Shown here: one piece after another, positions 60,401-64,000 of the stretch | How positions within the stretch are numbered: the first letter of the stretch is position 1 | How the letters are laid out: every line of letters starts with the position of its first letter | Assembly (NCBI GenBank): GCA_003345545.1 | Contig: PRDH01000019.1 | Location: forward strand, 24,129-88,128 | DNA: 64,000 nt | Direction: 5' to 3' | From: Candidatus Thorarchaeota archaeon | GTDB taxonomy: Archaea > Asgardarchaeota > Thorarchaeia > Thorarchaeales > Thorarchaeaceae | Made by a program: the position numbers and the translations under genes | Notes under the pieces: generated by a model | What the model saw: only the letters and a program-made list of their open reading frames with translations | Databases searched by the model: none | Told to the model about the DNA's origin: nothing

Positions 60401-63400
60401 CTATCATTCTCTTCGGTTGCCAGAATGAAAGTTTTGTGCAGGGTGTCAACTACGACATCTCTGAAGTGACTGGAAGATATACCATCAGTGTATACTCAGG
60501 CAGTTTTCCAGGTACAGGCGTATTCCTATTTGATGTGCAAGTTCGTTGGAATCCACTTCTGTCACCATTCTATGGGAACAAGACAACAATCACACTCAAT
60601 GGTCTTATTGATATCATGAGGGCATCGCTCCAAGCTGGATTTCCTGCTCCTCCCACAGTACAGATTACTGGAAGCGTATGGCTCATAGTGACCTATACTG
60701 ACCTTGACCATGCACAGCTCGAAATCGGCGGAGCAACAATCAGCGTCCAATACTATGGAAGTGCACTACCCGTTCAAGGATGGACTTGGAATCCTATTGC
60801 TGGACATCCAGGTCAGTATAACATCACCTTCAGCACCTCAAATCTGCCCAGTACGGGAAGTTACACCCTTCGAATATCAGCCGTAAAGACCTACTATGCT
60901 CAATCACAGGTCACTCCATCGTTCAGTGTCACTCTAATCAGCACAAGTCTCACACCGAATGAGTCTTCGATGCAGCTCAACTGGACCAGTTCTGCACATG
61001 TATTTGTTTTCTTCCAGAGTCTACTGACAGGCTCCGGGACAACTGGAGCAACGGTCACATACTCTGTCTATGGCCTCCCAGTAACTGGCATGACACCCAC
61101 TGGCACTCCAGGTCAGTATCAAGCCGATATTGATACAACACTTATAGGTGCTGGAACGAGAGTGGTCACCATCCAAGCAAGCAAAGACCAACATGTCACA
61201 GCCACGACAACGATAACCCTTGTCATCCTCACTCTGCCCAGCGGGATGAATATCATCGCGCCTACCGAAGAGGTATTGGTAGTTCCACGTGGTAACTCTG
61301 TCGCTGTCAACATCACACTGACTGATATTATTCGCGCTCAGCCCATTCAGAATGACTTGGTAATAGAAGTCTACATCACTTTCAGAGGTCAACAATACTA
61401 TCTCGAACCTATTAATTTCACTTCGATTTGGACGGGAACCATTCCGGAGGGAGGACCTACAATACTAGATCCTGCTTCGTACGATGTCAGAATTACTGCA
61501 GTCATCACTAACTACAACCCTGCTGTGAGCCAGTTCAAAATCCTTATTGAACAGACCACGACCAAAGTAAGTCCTCTATATCCAGCAGATCCATTATTCG
61601 ATCCCGAGAGCCCGCGTATAGAAGCTGTGTACTCAGAAATCATTACTTTCAGGCTCAACTTCACTGTTCCTGCGATAAACAACACTCCAATGACTGATGC
61701 CCTTGTCTATTGGACCGATCTCCGGTGGGGACTCAATCTGAATTTCACTCACATAGGGGGCGGAATCTGGGAGCTCACATTCGACACAACCCAGTGCGCA
61801 TTTGGTACTTGGGGCATCACCTTTGCAGGGATTCCCGATGATCCGATTTATGCGGCAGCACAGGTGAGTCTAACTCTCACCATCAAGAAGATAACTACTG
61901 AGGTTATCGGGCCATTGACCACAGAGTCCTATGCTTGGGGCTGGATTGGCAACATCAGTTTCTTCTATGATGATACGTGGTTCCATACAGGTATCGACAA
62001 TGCGTCTGTAACCTTCGAATATGGTCCGTTTCCAAGCTTGTCTGCATATGACCTCGGAAATGGTACCTATTTGCTCGAAATCGATACTACATACTTGGAG
62101 TCTGACACTCGATACAGGATCACTGTCAGCTTTGCGAAAGACAACTATGAGGAAAGAACTAGTGGCGCGAATATCTTTGTGGATCTCCGAACTACAGCAC
62201 TTTCAGTGATTGTTGGCGATGATCGGACCTATCAAGCGAGTGATGATCCAAAGTTCTTGCAAGTGCCTATGAATGATTACGTGAATATTACATTCTTCTA
62301 TAACGATACGAGTCATGTTGGTGGTCTATTCGGCGGCATAAACTACGCTTCAATTCAGGCAACACTGAGAGCACAGTCCTATTTCCCGGAGGTAAGAAAT
62401 ATCACATTGGTAAGACTCGGCAACGGATACTACTGCTATATCTTTGACACCAATGATCTATCGCTCTATTGGTATAACAATGCTGTGAAAGAAATCTACT
62501 CGGACTTTTTCTACCTGTCAATCCATATGAGCTATGAGAATCGCATATCCAGAGATGTCATCATTCGTATCGAGATTATTCCTGTGCCGACTGAGATGGT
62601 GTATGATGGTCCAACGGAATTCGATGCAATTCATGGCGATGAGATTGAAGTCTACTTCACATTGAGCGACACCTGGCATAATGAGGGTGTGCTAGGTGCC
62701 AATATATCGTATCCGACCATACTCTCTGCCTCAGCTAGGGCGACCGAATCCAGATCGCTTGGGAATGGTCAGTATTATGTCAAGATTCTTGTGGTCGGTA
62801 CCAGTGGAGATTCGCTTATTCGTTTGACTCTCCAGACTGAGTTCCATGTTGATGCTGAACTCCTGATTACAGTAACTGCCAGCCCCAACGACACAGACAT
62901 CTTGATTGGTCAAGTAACGGAGATTGGACTACCCATCAGCCTAGTGGTCATAACTCTCCTTGGACTCTACGTAAAAGTGTGGAGCGTGCCGAAGCGAATA
63001 CGCCAGATAAACAAGCAGATAAAGTCGATAAGGAAGAACAAGATACCCAAGCCAATCTCCGATGTGAAAGAGAGAACTCAACTCATCGCCAACCTGTTCA
63101 ATGACACATTCGCGGAACTCAAGATCACTCGCACTGCTGCAGATATGCCCGAGGAATCCATTCCGATTCAGGTGCCTGAGATGGGCGAACTGCTCATGCA
63201 GCTGGCTATCCTCACGAATCTCAATCCTGATGAACTAGAGGAGTTCAAGGCGGACATCTCGAAGATGAAGACGAGCGAGCAGGCTGCCTTCGTGAAAGAA
63301 GTCATCATGCAGGAGGCCATGAGGGCCGCTCGACGTGATGGCAAGACCATCGAGGAAACACTTCAGGCGATCCAAAAACAGGCAGGCAAGCGTCTGAGCG

Positions 63401-63729
63401 GCGAAGAAGCCGCCGAAGCAGCCGCCGAAGCAGCCGCTCCTGTCAAGAAGGCTGCAGAAGAGCCTAGGCTGTTGCCTCCAGAGGAAGAACCAGTAGAACC
63501 CATAGTCCCAGTCAAGAAGAAAGCAGTACTCAGAAAGGGTGCCGTCGAGGAAGAGGCAGAGGCGAAATTCGAGCGGATGAGTTCGAATGAAATCGAGGAG
63601 TTGCGCAAGGATCTTGAAAAACGAGGAGTTCCTCCATACGAGATTGACACCATCCTTGAGCAGGCCCGCCAACTTCCAAGAGAACTGGTGGAAGAGCTAG
63701 TAAAGAGCCTCGAAGAGAACAAGAAGTAG
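51415..63729 (+). CDS. Giant (about 4100 aa) single-pass surface protein: signal peptide, two DUF2341 + LamG-like modules, many Ig-like repeats, TM, about 250-aa cytoplasmic domain
   Basis: YQKTITID..NFPVLI..DIAF and YRKDFTI..NFPIAL..DGSDIMF; FDGADD...WDGKIDEIR...EWRNQ; repeated Y.D.D...I.GA units; many NxS/T sequons; TM IGLPISLVVITLLGLYVKVW. Confidence 0.9.
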   Translation: MRRCGLICILLIVVFLIPVTSPFAGSDTNLNRLPELSPLDGGSTVSQSGDLNSGTGASLPVLMNGIVSSVGAGSMQITSASPGTSSVTLTDGWSGTNLAAQIDALSFTTSNVLRNGNLNNYHTERFIVSSTPTYNDDAVYVPDGWTLVKSVASDDPHPLYNVYGIRSDAGGYGGTYGVSLGSQYLASFVHNPNDEVFVSQMVPTPWRQVYSATISFRYYVHSSSTMTDTLHLFTRLGGYVTKYHVFESSDAKTTWLTASVTVQAASLQGLANRVLKLDVGLASDLTGTQTSAATAIAYIDDLQLMFLARPFPEQVDLKANGTIVWGSTSGSDYPYVPDDANRDCWDYSNEIDLDGYNNDGNIEFGIWGSDWTVDADFQIGIQFPVAVPQGAIVTSAWVEVEAIASSSPFMYGARVYVADADNVAAFTAGPPSLENRYSWVPTSIDWTFNSWVTSPDTRYKSPEIGSLVQKVVSRSGWSQGNYICLMIDYMNSDYFQRYSNIKGSTGWGQEDLARLYVEYVIPETEDHVVMYDYQKTITIDHTRVASTLANFPVLIDLVDTDLKNRVLAGGNDIAFTLNGQPLDYEIELFDQNYNATHAHLVAWVKVPSLSSTIDTAITMHYGCEDVPSSYSTGVWDSYEIVQHLNDNPAGIQYDSAANNHHGTSYGSMVSENLVAGMIGNAIEFDGADDAISVGQIYTDQWSQLTMSAWIYHDLTSDDRIFSKAPSTVTADCIMHLAVNSAGRMRVRLSTNTGSTIYPSANNDSISIPTNTAWHYLSWTWSAASQTVLLYIDGVLDRTCLKYGQTVKDSDLMFIIANWETGTSDSRHWDGKIDEIRMLPTLLSGNWILTEWRNQNSPSTFYSVGTESKNPDVWTDAGETSVLFTTDSTAPVTLDVNLTFDIGGNGQTLDEDLDPGTSFFIESGSSIVNWTAKVMVSPPAGATSFGFSVEYPMAEWKPTAVLNPFSNIKSYPQDWWYQAGTLSINSSAIDFWGIWTLKFISWNFAQDLTLGRTGEALSTTATFNIGDSMKYLATTPTVQGATVGLVLTDPSGSVRYSLSNSTITNPSHKFPSFQYRKDFTIVPTNNVYEDVINFPIALDFTDTDLHSTSKVRADGSDIMFAMGSAILPHQIEYFKQDYTVTDARLVVWVCANLSSTVTNTFSMYYGSPIVDNLEDPEGVWGPNMEAVWHLGEDVVDEASTGTHYDATGHGYDGIQHGNVETLTTRVGYAQSFDGNDYISLSESLAPADDVMITGWFRLTSIHSPTSPTTKVIMEKYLDINHDMVIALVGQDYGQSQVPNGSLVFKVESSTNAPMYSWTLGPLGTGTWNAGWYYIGCYSNESDPSKNKIFIGYSQASYDVTVGHYGSTTQANMSYIEEWQLGGGNFETSYEGTGWFTGQMDEFRVATIYRSEGWLKTEWDNQASPTTFASKGTEQARTSPNHTFTQTLLSTAQAGIWTASVYYNDTGASVSTRTGLIERTFTVKRNTYLTLTKPIDAVGDRLSVKTAGDAVIVEFELKDTLNSTQLVNGATVTINWTSPSTVTLDSYGGGKYGKVLDTNDLASAKRWRINVASTHPYYNNANEYFDIDLYHNTGLDSSGVSTTPVGEDFTATLTFIDSYTGTPIQGATITFGDNSPVQSYVDEGSGVYTVTVDSAALSLGDHIYTLKATSSNTYLKTATVTVTFTLRAHYTSVSVQGDFVTPYGSNTQVTVVLIDLDTGLPVAIGSVSTFSFTTDSYAADNFGSLSSFTQILTTNDWLIGTETVTLTVTMSSANSLAPDQFQFDITIRRHRTSLTVAGVVTQPYGNLTPLTVILTDLDNGTPVPVGAVQQMLFQWIGGSQTLSGSYTVSLGTSAWPVGTRIVQVITTMSSNNYDAPPNYQFTITIRKMATVLYYDPASFVFPKGSDFRVGLRLNVSEPGQYYGNPITGRAAGEFSVPSYVFSLDTTQHSIGRYNLTISSSYFPGGTYEIRVYFHSADSRYADASILIRFTYREIVSSLTSPNYPQVTTPFGMNVQITLNYVDEDFGTGIVGATISSDPTWVYGKVDLTGGAYTVWINVTGLAQSTYYINITAYKAGFVARTLQFRIVIRAAYTSVIPSVGSLVIPLGSSVTFYADYTDLDRLLPIDNNTGDTDVVSTWGRFTVEYVVGIQRYRIVFQTIDSDGISSNVIRSFTFSKGANYQTASFNITVTIRTHNTDFRLVSSIEPTSTIGIFNISVYYGDLDNAVGVKSALVIFSVQNASGLVSSSYEYDSVLGDGFYIIRVPASQFGLGLQTFTVYADWTGPYSKFQDKFLVATANVVGRESALTLLLSSEPTPYLGTMSYTFFFSDIFSGIGIDNLTGHVFIFVSFQGESVSPSGITIIDWSASQPGNYSIQFNTSVFSRTGLIYMDISMEWAKGVSPYYANRTDVVSLRVLQRDTLLQTTPPSPTSYGENATFTFTFEDVTGGLSIPINDGPSLTVQLSLADYSVSYNSTSHIFTVSFNTDQFGTTLGSHSFTLGVTWSGVPFYASRTGKLVSVTVIARETFMEFLTPAPTQYMDAVVFNVTWIDITGGASDPISGAALVLYDGLTPINVGKYSYAEIASGIYRVTLNTTYAPSPGTYQLRVGLNAGVSYIAPAYIIREFNIRYRITLLSAEPVATVPYNSPVQVILYYQDLYTAGFIANTSAGSYPVELQFVTGSNWIYSIVWNPVFKHYELSIETYNQGFVIGTPVTVTLRMSYASQAPFYASDDLVVQFTLRLRYSILTQTLEPETTPYDDNAQFRVFFADTDAAGAGIANAQIVVLNNSVPLLLNTHYTLSQGVSGEYIITVDSEFLGGLGTRSLTIKANWIAGSPYHSNATRVVNILVRQRETSVAVTVPPSQVKYLDNVVFTFVYTDLDAGIPITSITTSNIHLRFANGTEITSGFTITPVGSSFEVVISSVTLSKIPVTGLSLIVSVDWLGSLAPFYADATTTLKITIVGRSILVETGQLDRTPKGDTLSIILDLTDLDSGNPVSGAIILFGCQNESFVQGVNYDISEVTGRYTISVYSGSFPGTGVFLFDVQVRWNPLLSPFYGNKTTITLNGLIDIMRASLQAGFPAPPTVQITGSVWLIVTYTDLDHAQLEIGGATISVQYYGSALPVQGWTWNPIAGHPGQYNITFSTSNLPSTGSYTLRISAVKTYYAQSQVTPSFSVTLISTSLTPNESSMQLNWTSSAHVFVFFQSLLTGSGTTGATVTYSVYGLPVTGMTPTGTPGQYQADIDTTLIGAGTRVVTIQASKDQHVTATTTITLVILTLPSGMNIIAPTEEVLVVPRGNSVAVNITLTDIIRAQPIQNDLVIEVYITFRGQQYYLEPINFTSIWTGTIPEGGPTILDPASYDVRITAVITNYNPAVSQFKILIEQTTTKVSPLYPADPLFDPESPRIEAVYSEIITFRLNFTVPAINNTPMTDALVYWTDLRWGLNLNFTHIGGGIWELTFDTTQCAFGTWGITFAGIPDDPIYAAAQVSLTLTIKKITTEVIGPLTTESYAWGWIGNISFFYDDTWFHTGIDNASVTFEYGPFPSLSAYDLGNGTYLLEIDTTYLESDTRYRITVSFAKDNYEERTSGANIFVDLRTTALSVIVGDDRTYQASDDPKFLQVPMNDYVNITFFYNDTSHVGGLFGGINYASIQATLRAQSYFPEVRNITLVRLGNGYYCYIFDTNDLSLYWYNNAVKEIYSDFFYLSIHMSYENRISRDVIIRIEIIPVPTEMVYDGPTEFDAIHGDEIEVYFTLSDTWHNEGVLGANISYPTILSASARATESRSLGNGQYYVKILVVGTSGDSLIRLTLQTEFHVDAELLITVTASPNDTDILIGQVTEIGLPISLVVITLLGLYVKVWSVPKRIRQINKQIKSIRKNKIPKPISDVKERTQLIANLFNDTFAELKITRTAADMPEESIPIQVPEMGELLMQLAILTNLNPDELEEFKADISKMKTSEQAAFVKEVIMQEAMRAARRDGKTIEETLQAIQKQAGKRLSGEEAAEAAAEAAAPVKKAAEEPRLLPPEEEPVEPIVPVKKKAVLRKGAVEEEAEAKFERMSSNEIEELRKDLEKRGVPPYEIDTILEQARQLPRELVEELVKSLEENKK

Positions 63730-63924
63730 CAGAGTTAACCTCTGCTTCCTCTTTCTTCGCCCACAAGTCAGTTGAAGACCGATTTATCGAAAAAACGGCG
63801 CCTTGGCGATTTTTGGTGGCGCAGTCTGAACGACATGAATTATTATACATCAGTTAGCAGAGCTACACATTGTTTCAGATTGTAAGTAAGAATGTGACAG
63901 GCAGTAAGATATGGTGATGCAACA

Positions 63925-64000
63925 ATGAGGACCGTTAGAACTCTCACTCTAGTATTGATTACGTTGTTCATTCTCTCACTTGCAGATGTCTCTGGAGATA
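63925..64000 (+). CDS. Start of a probable secreted protein (truncated by window edge)
   Basis: GGTGA SD then MRTVRTLTLVLITLFILSLADVSGD, signal-peptide-like. Confidence 0.5.
   Translation, partial: MRTVRTLTLVLITLFILSLADVSGD

Noticed and set aside
1-64000. tRNA/rRNA genes, SECIS elements or in-frame UGA selenoproteins
   Set aside because: No cloverleaf, rRNA-like tract or homology continuing past a TGA was recognised by eye; a covariance-model scan would be needed to exclude small ncRNAs in the 30.3-31.1 kb gaps

Overview
Gene-dense archaeal DNA that looks like an Asgard archaeon (Thorarchaeia-like). This assignment is inferred from gene content: a longin-fused Arf-like GTPase, an ESCRT-II Vps22-like domain, eS25 with the eukaryote-type KKWGK N-terminus, two histones, and a giant DUF2341/LamG surface protein. 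About 48 CDSs, mostly metabolic or housekeeping (thrC, surE, udp, prs-like, gdhA, ilvE, tungsten AOR plus Fe-S partner, AlaX, GlmU-like, gltX, thiI, alkaline phosphatase). No rRNA, tRNA, CRISPR array or mobile element was recognised. Main observations: (1) a 37.5-44 kb cluster of trafficking-like eukaryotic-signature genes (longin-GTPase translationally coupled to a uDENN/longin + winged-helix protein, a zinc-finger protein, and a divergent 784-aa protein ending in a Vps22/EAP30 domain); (2) two tandem DHDPS-family aldolases, each fused to a formaldehyde-activating-enzyme (Fae) domain, with complementary losses of Fae motifs; (3) a chlI/chlD-like gene split by a -1 frameshift at an A9 run, where the long product gains a transmembrane hairpin before its VWA domain; (4) a roughly 170-aa membrane protein that looks like an ectodomain-less copy of the TM plus cytoplasmic tail of the 4,100-aa surface protein; (5) an eS25 that appears to start at a non-canonical AUU/AUC codon and carries a 5x16-aa Lys/Glu repeat tail. 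All family assignments come from motif recognition by eye; no searches were run.
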